Notes under the pieces: model-generated
The model's input: only the letters and a program-made list of their open reading frames with translations
What the model was told of the DNA's origin: nothing
Databases searched by the model: none
Source of the DNA: Candidatus Helarchaeota archaeon
Lineage (GTDB): Archaea > Asgardarchaeota > Lokiarchaeia > Helarchaeales > RDOG01
Assembly (NCBI GenBank): GCA_019058315.1
Contig: JAHPZH010000001.1
Span: 1,265,432 to 1,329,431 of the forward strand
Reading direction: 5' to 3'
Length of the DNA: 64,000 nt
Translations under genes and position numbers: made by a program
Part shown: one piece after another, positions 32,301 to 41,900 of the stretch
Position numbering within the stretch: position 1 is the first letter of the stretch
How the letters are laid out: the number at the start of each line of letters is the position of its first letter

Positions 32301-32756
32301 GAAATAAGTTCATCAGTAAATATAGAAGAAATGCAAGAAACGGATATGAAAACAGAATCTGAATTAAATTGGGCGAAAAGAATTCATCATATTTATTTTC
32401 TTTTACCAAATGGTGTCTGTATTTATGACCAATCCTTTAAAAAAGAAAAAGAGATTGAACCACATTTAGTTACTGGATCTTTAGCTGGTATTTCATCTTT
32501 AATTCAAGAGTTAACACAAAATAAAACCAAAATAAAAATCGTTGAACAAGAAGAAATGACAATCCTCCTCGAGCATGGAGAAAATTTGAGTGTTGCTTTA
32601 ATAACTGAAGAAAATCTAATCACCTTACAAAATAAATTAACACAATTAATTAATGATGTAGAAGATTTCTATCAAGAAGAATTGGTTGCATTTTCAGGAG
32701 ATATAAGCGTTTTTTCAAAAATTGGGAAATTTATTCAAAAGATATTTGAAAGCTAA
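29388..32756 (+). CDS. Large TPR-like solenoid protein with C-terminal longin/roadblock-like domain, copy 1
   Basis: Helical repeats (LAQIEDRLENYLSASDNYKKA); last ~125 aa show the beta-beta-alpha-beta-beta-beta-alpha-alpha pattern (IYFLLPNGVCIY...LVTGSLAGISSLIQE). Confidence 0.8.
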   Translation: MVDLLNNELSDQINNLSHKAEEEELKYNWLKEIEILKKAEKISSEENFKLKNGEINFKLGEIYLMAANFGKTEENVIINFQLSKNHFLKSLEIFKDLNIEEKIYATLGFIDYLDYILETEAIEENILDRAKNEFKKAKLINFNKGDLIESLKSAIFESRFINLIMCEKLICIDPNIDFIELASDYENLVAKIWVDIKNQQQDLPEFYYYFFLKNIVHFVTLIFYFLPVKVSVKRQLLINNLNIISEFIDKIENSKKELSSFYAYSICSSFNMVYSIFYVESQFEQKKYLKSAQKWLRKAEILLPNITANSALRTFYFTRFTVSIFLIRLGFFARDFKHVMEDLNECVNLLFILFPRIFGIVITFLSVNVFLAAANNPSAPEVQRFDFAEKAMDLINSKINKFSLLNNPNYKLFTITKDVQLCMAFGILGDLSKNKEERDRYIKNSKTLFDNLSKFDNPFITDNYLYLTIVPRIGKTLASHSKEKNNKVYYDQKVIDILLRGREMAMAYFDVENQFLIGETYFEMATLTNDDKILKKAYSSYMNTIKFCKDKGYFNLVGTAYINLAQIEDRLENYLSASDNYKKAIDSFDQAIMTLTYTKLSKKIEKLKKYVEAWSIIEIAKSYHVKEEHHEAQLNYEQASRILNDLRDYKFESPFYSAWGVLEKAEDLSKINKHQEAAATYLVSKNKFHDALETLNSYLKKRKSLEDIDRISKLTQVAMIRETYCDARYEIETARIESRKGNHLIAAELYNKASVAFENICQKFKIRHERDELSAIYYLCKAWEKMEQAEGEQKPNLYDVASQLFEKASKIFPESRMKKLSIGNSLFCSALEQGSYFDKTTELDEKIKHYKKIKMYLRESSKNYQLGGFKQDAQWALATSTFFDGIWHLIQSDNEMNFSKRNEFLNIAINYLKNALQIFEKAGYEQKRDEILNYLEMIKDEKEILASALNIIEKPEISKSTVGISAPSCPIEISSSVNIEEMQETDMKTESELNWAKRIHHIYFLLPNGVCIYDQSFKKEKEIEPHLVTGSLAGISSLIQELTQNKTKIKIVEQEEMTILLEHGENLSVALITEENLITLQNKLTQLINDVEDFYQEELVAFSGDISVFSKIGKFIQKIFES

Positions 32757-32815
32757 ATAGGAAGCGATTAAAAAATAATTTAATAATAAATCTATATTTA
32801 GCTTTTTTTTAATAA

Positions 32816-32868
32816 TACTTTCAGTGTACTCTCTCTGTGGATTATCTGTTTAATCAGAATACTCATTT
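32816..32868. repeat. Imperfect direct repeat, copy 1
   Basis: TACTTTCAGT-N3-CTCTC-N15-TTTAATCaGAaTAcTCaTTT; matches 33939-33988. Confidence 0.55.
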
Positions 32869-32960
32869 GGGGAATACTTTTTAAGTTTAAATACTAAAGA
32901 TATTATGAGGTAGTCTCGATAGTTCTATCAAATCCATTTGCTAATCAAAAGAAAATTAAA

Positions 32961-33875
32961 TTGGTCTTAGATCCACTATCTGAATCATATAATTTCCAAA
33001 GTTCCCAGTTCCTTTCTGATCCCGAAATTGAACCTAAGATGTTGGAAATGATTAATTCGGCCACCGAAGAACTTCTTTTAATTTCTCCTTGGATTTATAA
33101 AGACGTTATTTTGGAATCATTAATAATAGCTCGTAATAGAGGAATTATAGCTAAAATTATTGTCCGTAAGTTTAAGATTAATCGGGATAACATGAATCAT
33201 CTTATTTCAATTCAAAAATTGGATATGAATGGGATTCAAATTGCATTTACAGATAATATTCATGCAAAAATTTTGATAAAAGATGGGAAGGAACTCCTAC
33301 TCTCTTCTAAAAATATGATTGATTCTAATGCAATTGATATGGGAATTTGGAACAGGATTAAGAACGAAGTTAAAAAAGCTAGAGATGAGTTTTACTTGTT
33401 ATACAATCAACGATTTTATGATTCAAACTACATTGATTTTTCCAGTTTAAATCTTAACCTCGATACTTTTAATGATGATATTGTAATGGATATTTATGGA
33501 AAAAAGTTTGGGAAACTGTTTGGGAGGTTTAAAATCGTAATGTATGAGGGAAATAAAATTTTTGTTTCTAAAGAAAATATAATTTTCTGTGTTCATGCTA
33601 TAGCTAATAAGATATTGGAGAATCTTGGAATAAAATTTAAAAGAATTTCAACAGATCAGCTATGGAGGCTAAGGATTGATGGTCATTGGCACCTAATTTC
33701 TGAATATCCAGGTTCTATAAAAGAAGAACATATCATGAAAGCTAAATTATTACTAAATTATGACAGAAAATTGCATTTATTTTGGTCAAATGATGATGAT
33801 AGACAGTGTGTCGTTATTACTGATGGAAAAATAGCTTTATTTATCAATAATATTAATTATTTACACATTTTTTAA
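32961..33875 (+). CDS. Phospholipase D-like (single HKD) nuclease-domain protein
   Basis: LISPWI, HAKILIKD (HxKxxxxD), LLSSKN. Confidence 0.8.
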   Translation: MVLDPLSESYNFQSSQFLSDPEIEPKMLEMINSATEELLLISPWIYKDVILESLIIARNRGIIAKIIVRKFKINRDNMNHLISIQKLDMNGIQIAFTDNIHAKILIKDGKELLLSSKNMIDSNAIDMGIWNRIKNEVKKARDEFYLLYNQRFYDSNYIDFSSLNLNLDTFNDDIVMDIYGKKFGKLFGRFKIVMYEGNKIFVSKENIIFCVHAIANKILENLGIKFKRISTDQLWRLRIDGHWHLISEYPGSIKEEHIMKAKLLLNYDRKLHLFWSNDDDRQCVVITDGKIALFINNINYLHIF

Positions 33876-33938
33876 TCAGTTGATATTTATTTAAAAATTA
33901 AATTTTCGCATAAATGATGCGCATTTTTTGCCTATTAT

Positions 33939-33988
33939 TACTTTCAGTCACCTCTCCGTCTGAAGTCATTTTAATCTGATTAATCTTT
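33939..33988. repeat. Imperfect direct repeat, copy 2
   Basis: TACTTTCAGT-N3-CTCTC-N13-TTTAATCtGAtTAaTCtTTT. Confidence 0.55.
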
Positions 33989-34038
33989 TTAAAAATCCAT
34001 TTAAAGGATATTCCTAGAAAGAAATTTGAGGAATATTT

Positions 34039-34233
34039 ATGGCAACTACTCAAATCCAAAAGGAAAAAATGACAAAGTTATGGACACCAAAATCTACGAC
34101 GCAAGAAAAAATCGATTTCTTAAAGGAATATTTTGGATCCTCATTAGATAAGGTTCCTTTCTGGAAACTCTATAAAGCAGTTAAAAGATTAAATTCACAT
34201 TTTTTTATCATAATCTTTAATGAGGAGACATAA
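34039..34233 (+). CDS. Small hypothetical protein
   Basis: GAGG RBS upstream; TAATG stop/start coupling with the next ORF. Confidence 0.55.
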   Translation: MATTQIQKEKMTKLWTPKSTTQEKIDFLKEYFGSSLDKVPFWKLYKAVKRLNSHFFIIIFNEET

Positions 34234-34502
34234 TGGAATTTTGTATAAAATGTGGCAATATTATCGATATAAATGATGACCCACTATTTCGAAGACATTG
34301 TAAAAAATGTACCGAGAGTTCTGGATCATTTATTGAATGTATTTTCTGTACAAATTTGGATCTATTAAAATCCCCCCCTTGTAAACTTGATTTTATCTTT
34401 TTTAAAAATGGTAAATGCCTAAATTTTACTAAAAAAACTTCTATTAATGATTTAATTTCGTTAATCAAAAAGCATCCACACATCTTTGATTTAGTAAATT
34501 AA
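34233..34502 (+). CDS. Small Cys-rich (zinc-binding) protein
   Basis: CIKC, CKKC, CIFC plus two more Cys; GAGGAG RBS. Confidence 0.65.
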   Translation: MEFCIKCGNIIDINDDPLFRRHCKKCTESSGSFIECIFCTNLDLLKSPPCKLDFIFFKNGKCLNFTKKTSINDLISLIKKHPHIFDLVN

Positions 34503-34521
34503 TTTAATTGAGATATCCTAG

Positions 34522-35043
34522 ATGTATGTTGGGGATTATTCAAAGAATTTTTTAAGTTTTTTTTTGAAGATAACAAAAGTTAGAAGAAAATATAAGAAGT
34601 TGGATTCACTTGGTATGGGAATAAGTGGATCTTGGATAGTCGATATAAGAAAATTGGTTGGTAAAATCCCTCAATATTACTACTTCCAAGATCAAGAAAC
34701 TTATTTCATGGTTTTAATCGATATTATTTTAATCGTAATACTAGAAGAAATTATACACAGCGAAGCAGGAGTTTATCATGATAAATTTGACTTTAATGCC
34801 CATTTTTATTACAAATTAATAAAAACCGAGGAAGAATTGAAAGAAATTGAAGAAACAGATATATTTCGGTATATATCTTTTATGAATTCGCTAATAAATT
34901 TAAGAAAATATAGGAATAAGAAATATGTATCAAGAATTAAGGGAGAAATCGATAATATAAATAACATATTAAATAATAGCTCCATATTTGAACGTGAAAA
35001 TTTAGCTCAAATTTTAAAAAGGTTAGGAATCCAGGATCTTTAA
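34522..35043 (+). CDS. Hypothetical protein
   Basis: 173-aa ORF; EEIIH may be a degenerate HExxH. Confidence 0.55.
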   Translation: MYVGDYSKNFLSFFLKITKVRRKYKKLDSLGMGISGSWIVDIRKLVGKIPQYYYFQDQETYFMVLIDIILIVILEEIIHSEAGVYHDKFDFNAHFYYKLIKTEEELKEIEETDIFRYISFMNSLINLRKYRNKKYVSRIKGEIDNINNILNNSSIFERENLAQILKRLGIQDL

Positions 35044-35082
35044 CTAATTTTTATCTTTATATTGATATTATTTATATTGGGT

Positions 35083-35168
35083 GAGCCCTACCCTCGCGGT
35101 AAAAGGGGAATGTAGGGAGGAGGGGGGTTAAAAAGTAAGGTGCGAGGTTTGGGCTCTTTTTTTTAACC
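35083..35168 (+). other. GC-rich stem-loop with purine-rich loop and T8 tail (terminator or small structured RNA)
   Basis: GAGCCCTACCCTCGC (35083-35097) pairs with GCGAGGTTTGGGCTC (35142-35156) at 13 of 15 positions; followed by T8. Confidence 0.65.
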
Positions 35169-35347
35169 TGCATCTTCCTAATTATATCTAGAAAAAATTA
35201 GTATTTAAACTTAGTACGGAGTAGTTGATAACTAATAGCATTCTAATACTTTCTTTATCAGTTCTAATTTTTTAAAAAGAAAATACGATCCTTTTATAAT
35301 TTATTCTTACCTAATAAATAAGGAAATCTAGATGGGGAAATAAATTG

Positions 35348-38300
35348 ATGACACATCCAAATAAAAAAGAAATTTTAGAGCAAATTAATGATTTATTTCT
35401 TCAAACAGAAAATGAAATATTGAAATATAATTGGATCGGGGCAATAGAACTTTTAAAAAAAGTCGAAAAGATTATTTTAAATGAAAAATTAAGCGTAAAA
35501 GAAATTGAGTGTGAATTATATTATAAATTGGGGGAATTATACCAAGTAAATGCAAATTTCGAAAAAAAAGAAGATGATGTCTTAAAAAATTTTCAATTAT
35601 CTATTCTAAATTTTCAAAAAGCATACGATATATATGAAAAATTAGAAAATGAAGAAAAAATTAATGAACTTTCAGGTTCTATTAATTTCATAACATATTT
35701 ATTGGGATCTAATGAAGGAAACGAAGAATCTCTATTAAAAAATGCGAAGGACTATTTCAACAGAGCAAAACAAATTAATTTAAAAAAAAGTAATTTTCCT
35801 GATTTCTTAAAAATGGCTTTATTAGAAAGTAGGGCATTAAATTTGCTCCTTGGAGAAAAAATTATACGTATTGATGAAAAAACAGATTCCATAGCATTAG
35901 CTTCAGAATATGAAAATTTAATGGCAGATATTTGGGAAAAAATTAAAAAAGGGCAAAATTTTCCCGAAATTTGTCACTATCATTTTTTTACAAGCACTAT
36001 GGAGTTCTGTCAATGGGCATTATCTTATTTACCTGCTGAAAATTCAATAAATAAGCAACATATTATGAACAATTATGATAGAATAAAAGAATTTATAGAT
36101 ATCTTTGAAAAAAAATCAAATGCACCCAGTTTATTTGTAGCTTATACATTCATCGCCTGGTTTAATACGATTCTTGCTTCTTATTTTGTAGATAGTCAAT
36201 TTGAGCAAAAAAAACATTTAAAAATTGCAGAAAAATGGCTTAAAAAAGCAGACCAGCTATTAACTAAAAATAATACTAATAAAGCTTTGGTTTTATTTTA
36301 TTATACCCGCTTCGCCGTTTCTATACTACTAATTTCTCTAGGTTTTTTTGCAAAAGATTTTAAACATGTTATGGGAGATTTAGACGAATGTACTAATTTA
36401 TTATACGTTTATTTTCCTAGAATATTACTTGCCCATTCGGTATTTTATGCAGCATCAACATTTGCAGTTGGTGCTTTAAGTCTTTCAATTCCGGATGTTA
36501 ATACACGCATCAATCTTGCTAATATTGCTTTGGATTTACTTGAATCTGCAATTCCGAAGATTTCAATCATAACAAATCCAGATTATAAAATATATGATTT
36601 ATTTAGAAAGGGTGTCTTATGTGTAATCAATGCGTTATTAGGAGATTTAATTAAAGATAGAAAAGAAAGCTCTACTCATTTACAAATAGCATTAAATCTT
36701 TTCAATGAAATATCGAAATTTAGCAATCCAAAAATAGAAAACACATTTCTTCATTTTAATTATTTATTTGGTGTAGCTAGAACGGGAATTATATTTGCCA
36801 AAATTTCAGCAAATGAATCCGAAAAGGTTAGTTATTACTTAAAGGCAATAGATTTACTTTTAAAGAGCAAAAAGATATCAATTTCACTGTTCAGCATTGA
36901 AAATCTATTTTTAATAGGCGATCTTTATTATGAAGTAGGAGAACTAACAAATGATGATAAGATATTTAAAAATTCTTACTCATCGTATATAGAAGCAATA
37001 GAATATTGTAAAGATAAGGGTTATTCCAATTTGGTAGGTTCAGGTTATGTAAAACTTGCACAAATCGAGGATAGACTTGGAAATTATCTTTCAGCAGCAG
37101 AGAATTATAAAAAAGCAATTAATTCATTTAATAAAGCAATTTTTACCCTTACTTATTCTAGGGCGAGTAAAAAAATTGAGAAATTAAAAAATTATATAGA
37201 AGCTTGGGAACTTATAGAATCCGCAAAATCGTTTCATTTACAAGAGGATCATAACAAAGCACAGCTTAACTATGAACATGCAAGTCAAATATTAAAAGAT
37301 ATTCGTGAATATAATTTCGAGTCTCCTTTTTATTCCGCATGGGCACTTTTGGAAAAAGCAGAGTCATTAAGTAAAATAAATAAGCATCAGGAAGCTGCTG
37401 CAACTTATATTGTGAGTAAAGGAAATTTTGAAGATGCAGTTGAAACTTTTAATTCATACATAAGTAAAAGAAAATCTTCTAAAGAGACTGAGAGAATTTC
37501 AAAATTAATTCAAGTAGCAAAAATTAGAATAACTTATTGTTCAGCACGTTATCATATTGAAACTGCAAGAGTTGAAAGTAAGAATGGAAACCATTTAATC
37601 GCTTCTGAACTTTATAATAAAGCTGGTACTCTTTTTTATAAGATATGCCAATCATTTAGATTAAAAAGAGAAAAAGATGAATTAACTGCTATATATTACT
37701 TATGTAAAGCTTGGGAAAATATGGAACGGGCGGATCAAGATACAACACTTTATGCAATTGCTTCAGGATTATTTGAAAAAGCTAGCAACATTTTTCCAGA
37801 AAGTAGAATGAAAAAATTGTCCACTGGAAATTCTCTATATTGCTCAGCCTTACATTATGGTGCTTTATTTGATGAATCCACTGAATTAGAAAAGAAGATT
37901 AATTATTATAAAAGAATAAAAATGAATTTAAGGGAAGCAGCAAAAAATTATAAAGTAGGTGGCTTCGATCAAGATGCACAATGGGCCTTAGGAACGTCAA
38001 CATTCTTTGATGGTATCTGGCATTTAATACAAGCAGATAATGAGATAGATTTTACTAAAAAGAACCAATATTTAAATATCGCGACAAATTATATGAATAA
38101 TTCATTAACTATCTTTAAAGAAGCGGAATATGAGCAAAAGCAGGAGGAAATAAGGAATTATCTCGAAATGATTAGTGATGAGAAATCCATATTAACCTCC
38201 GCTTTGAATGTGATTGAAAAGCCAGAAATTTCTGCGAGTAGCATCGGTATATCAGCTCCTGCTAGTCCTGCTGAGATAAGCTCTTCAGTGAATATCGAGG

Positions 38301-38758
38301 AGATGCAAGAAACTGACCTAAAAACGGAGTCTGAATTAAATTGGAGAAAAAGAATACATTATTTATGTATATTTTTAAAAAATGGGATCTCTATTTATGA
38401 TTATACTTTTAAGTCAAAAAGTGAAATCCCACGACAATTAATTGCAAAGGAAGATCTTGAACCGCATCTAGTTGCTGGGGGGCTGTCAGGCATTTCTGCA
38501 TTAATTAAAGAATTGACACACAGTAATACTAAGATAAAGATAGTCGAACAAGAAGAAATGACCATCCTTCTCGAAGATGGAAAATATTTAACAGCTGCTT
38601 TAATAACAGAAGAAAACCTTATAACTTTGAGAAATAAGTTAATGCAATTAATTCTAGATGTGGAAGATTTCTTTCAAGAAGAATTAGAAGATTTTACTGG
38701 TGATTTAGATACTTTTAAGAAAATAGGTAAATTTGTTCAAAAAATATTTGAAATATGA
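35348..38758 (+). CDS. Large TPR-like solenoid + longin-like protein, copy 2
   Basis: Full-length paralog of 29388-32756; ATG at 35348. Confidence 0.8.
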   Translation: MTHPNKKEILEQINDLFLQTENEILKYNWIGAIELLKKVEKIILNEKLSVKEIECELYYKLGELYQVNANFEKKEDDVLKNFQLSILNFQKAYDIYEKLENEEKINELSGSINFITYLLGSNEGNEESLLKNAKDYFNRAKQINLKKSNFPDFLKMALLESRALNLLLGEKIIRIDEKTDSIALASEYENLMADIWEKIKKGQNFPEICHYHFFTSTMEFCQWALSYLPAENSINKQHIMNNYDRIKEFIDIFEKKSNAPSLFVAYTFIAWFNTILASYFVDSQFEQKKHLKIAEKWLKKADQLLTKNNTNKALVLFYYTRFAVSILLISLGFFAKDFKHVMGDLDECTNLLYVYFPRILLAHSVFYAASTFAVGALSLSIPDVNTRINLANIALDLLESAIPKISIITNPDYKIYDLFRKGVLCVINALLGDLIKDRKESSTHLQIALNLFNEISKFSNPKIENTFLHFNYLFGVARTGIIFAKISANESEKVSYYLKAIDLLLKSKKISISLFSIENLFLIGDLYYEVGELTNDDKIFKNSYSSYIEAIEYCKDKGYSNLVGSGYVKLAQIEDRLGNYLSAAENYKKAINSFNKAIFTLTYSRASKKIEKLKNYIEAWELIESAKSFHLQEDHNKAQLNYEHASQILKDIREYNFESPFYSAWALLEKAESLSKINKHQEAAATYIVSKGNFEDAVETFNSYISKRKSSKETERISKLIQVAKIRITYCSARYHIETARVESKNGNHLIASELYNKAGTLFYKICQSFRLKREKDELTAIYYLCKAWENMERADQDTTLYAIASGLFEKASNIFPESRMKKLSTGNSLYCSALHYGALFDESTELEKKINYYKRIKMNLREAAKNYKVGGFDQDAQWALGTSTFFDGIWHLIQADNEIDFTKKNQYLNIATNYMNNSLTIFKEAEYEQKQEEIRNYLEMISDEKSILTSALNVIEKPEISASSIGISAPASPAEISSSVNIEEMQETDLKTESELNWRKRIHYLCIFLKNGISIYDYTFKSKSEIPRQLIAKEDLEPHLVAGGLSGISALIKELTHSNTKIKIVEQEEMTILLEDGKYLTAALITEENLITLRNKLMQLILDVEDFFQEELEDFTGDLDTFKKIGKFVQKIFEI

Positions 38759-38993
38759 TTATTTTGTAAAATCTCATTTACTTTTAGATTTTTTAATTAA
38801 AATTTATATCCACCTATTAATTAACATTTTAAAACTTCGAAAAATCGATTTATTTCCAATAAGATTAAAAGATTGTTTTTAGTTTACCTAAATTCCCTTT
38901 TTTTTAAGCCATTTGAACTATTTAAACGTGACCATTTATTTATATTATACCAAAATCAAATAAAACTAAGATAAATAAGTGGGATATTCATAT

Positions 38994-41900
38994 ATGTCTG
39001 ATTTATCACATAAAGATACTCTTAATCAAATTAATGAATTAATTTATGAAGCTGAAGAGGAAGAACGTAAATATAATTGGATAAAAGTTATAGATTTATT
39101 AAAGAAAGTAAGAAGAATAAGTTCGGAAAATAATATAAAAGAATTTGAGGGAGAGGCTTATTTCCGGCTAGGGGAAGTGTATCAGATTGCTGCAGACTTT
39201 GAAAAAGAAGAAATCGAGGTCTCCAATAAATTTCAACTTGCAATAACAAATTTTCAAAAAGCATTTTATATTTTCCACGATTTACAGAACGAAGAGAAGG
39301 AAAGTGCATCAATAGCCTTTCTTAATTATTTAAAATATGTATCTGAAACTGAAAAAGTAGAGGGATCAATTTTATTAGAATCAGCAAGACTTAACTTCAT
39401 TAAATCGAAAATTTTGTTTCAAATTAAGGGCAAATTAAAAGATTCACTGAAAATGGCTATTTTTGAAAGTAGGGCTTTAAATTTACTGATAGGGGAAAAA
39501 CTTGTTCGCCTTGAAAAAACTATAAATTTAGATGAAATGGTTTTAGAACATGAAAATTTAATTATGAACATATCAGAGGAAATAAAGAAACTCCCAGTTT
39601 TTTCTGAAATTTACCTCTTTCATCTTTTTGTTGGAATGACGGATTTTGCCATTTGGTCTTCAATTTTTTTACCAATTGATAATCTACGAAAAACTCAATA
39701 TGTTAAAAGTAATCTTAACATAGTTAAAGAATTAAGTAAGATTTTCGAAAAATCTGGGGGAACATTATCAACTTTTATGGTCTATGGTTTGTGTTCGTTA
39801 TTTAATTTAATTATTTCAGCATTTATTGTTGAAGATAGGTTTGAACAAAAACGACACTTGAAATTATCCGAAAGATGGCTTAAGAAAGCTGAGAAATTAC
39901 TACCAATAATAAGAGCTGGTGGGGGATCAAATTATTCATTAGAATTTTTCTTCTTCATGCGATTCACTAATGCAATATTTCTAATATATCTTGGTTTTTT
40001 TTCAAGGAGTTTTAAACTTGCGATAGCTGATCTAACTCTTATGTTTCATTTAATGTCCTCATTCTTTCCTAGAATAACAAATGCTACTGTAGCTTTTTAT
40101 ACACTTATCGTCTTTTTGCTTGGTGCACTTGTTAGAGCTATTCCTGCTGCTCAAAGGATTGATTTTAGTAAAAAGGCATTAGACTTTATTGATTTAATGA
40201 CAATTTATATTCCACTGATTAATAATCCGAGTTATAAGACTTTCTCTGTATTTAAAAATTTTCAAACATGCATAGCTAACGCTTTATTGGGAGATTTAAT
40301 TCAAGATAGAAAGGAAAGCAAAAAATATTTAGAAACAGCTACAAAAACATTTGATAATCTTTCAAACTTAAAAATTGAACAAGATAATTTTTTCAACCGC
40401 TATTTTTTAATTTTTATGGCAAATTCGGCAAATTTAATAGCTGAAAATATGGAAGAAAAATCAGAAAAAATCAAGTACTATGATCTAGCAATTACATATT
40501 TCTCAAAGAGTGTTAAATTTGGAGGTACATTTTTAGACATCGAAAACATGTTTAGCCTTGGGACTATTCAATATAAATTAGCTAGATTAATGAATGACGA
40601 CGAAATCTTTAAAAAATCCTACGAATCATATAAAAATGCAATTGAATATTGCTCAGGAAAGGGTTATTATAATCTAGTAGGATCAGGGTTTGTAAAGCTT
40701 GCTCAAATTGAAGATAGATTGGGTAACTATCTTTCAGCTGCTGAAAATTATAAGAAAGCATTAGAATCATTTGATAGGGCTCTTATAACCTTCACTTATC
40801 TTAAATTAGGTAAAAAAATTGAAAAGTTAAAGAATTATATGAATGCATGGCAATTGATAGAAATTGCTAAATCTCATCATATAAAAGAAGATCACACAAA
40901 TGCTCAATTAAATTACGAACAAGCCAGTCATATTTTGAGTGGGATTAAGGAATACAATTTTGAAGCTTCATTCTATTCGGCTTGGGCACTTTTAGAAAAA
41001 GCTGAGTTTTTAAGCAAGCACAATAAACATCAAGAAGCTGCGGCAACCTATTTAGTCTCTAAAACTAAGTTCGACGATGCGATCGAGGCTTTAAATTTGA
41101 AATTATCTAAAAAAATAGGTATAAGAATCAAAGAGAGAGTCTCAAAATTAATTCAAGTCGCAGAAGTTCGAGAAACCTATTGTTCTGCACGATATCAAAT
41201 AGAAACTGCGAGAATTGAATCTAAGAAAGGAAATCATATACTTGCTGCTGAGTTATATAACAAAGCTAGTACTTTATTTGAAAAATTATGTCAGACCTAT
41301 AGAATTAGAAGGGAAAAGGATGAATTAGAAGCAATATTTTACTTGTGCAAAGCATGGGAGAGTATGGAGCGGGCTAGTATACAACAGGATCCATCTTTAT
41401 TCACTATTGCTTCAGACTTATTTAAACAAGCAAGCCATATCTTTCCTGATAGTAGATTAAAAAAATTATCAATAGGTAATTCACTTTATTGTACTGCATT
41501 AGAATGCTCAGCCAAATTTGACAAAACACCTGAAATAACCGAAAAAATTAGTCATTATAAAAAGATCAAAATGGTTCTTCGAGAATCATCAAAAAATTAT
41601 AAATTAGGAGGTTTCGAACAAGACGCTAAGTGGGCATTAGCTACCTCGACGTTTTTTGATGCTATTTGGCATTTAATGAAATCGGATAATGAAATCGACT
41701 TTTCAAAAAAAAGAGAATATTTGAGCATAGCATCGAATTATCTTAATGAAGCTTTAAATATTTTGAAAGATACTGAATATGAACAAAAAAAGGAAGATAT
41801 TTTAAATCATTTAAAAATGATTAAGGATGAAAAAACGATTCTAACTTCAGCGTTAAATGTTATTGAAAAGCCCGAAATTTCAGAAAGTAGTATTGGAATT

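Noticed and set aside
32816-33988. Direct repeats read as C/D box sRNAs on the minus strand (terminal CTGA)
   Set aside because: No proper RTGATGA box C at a suitable spacing in either copy
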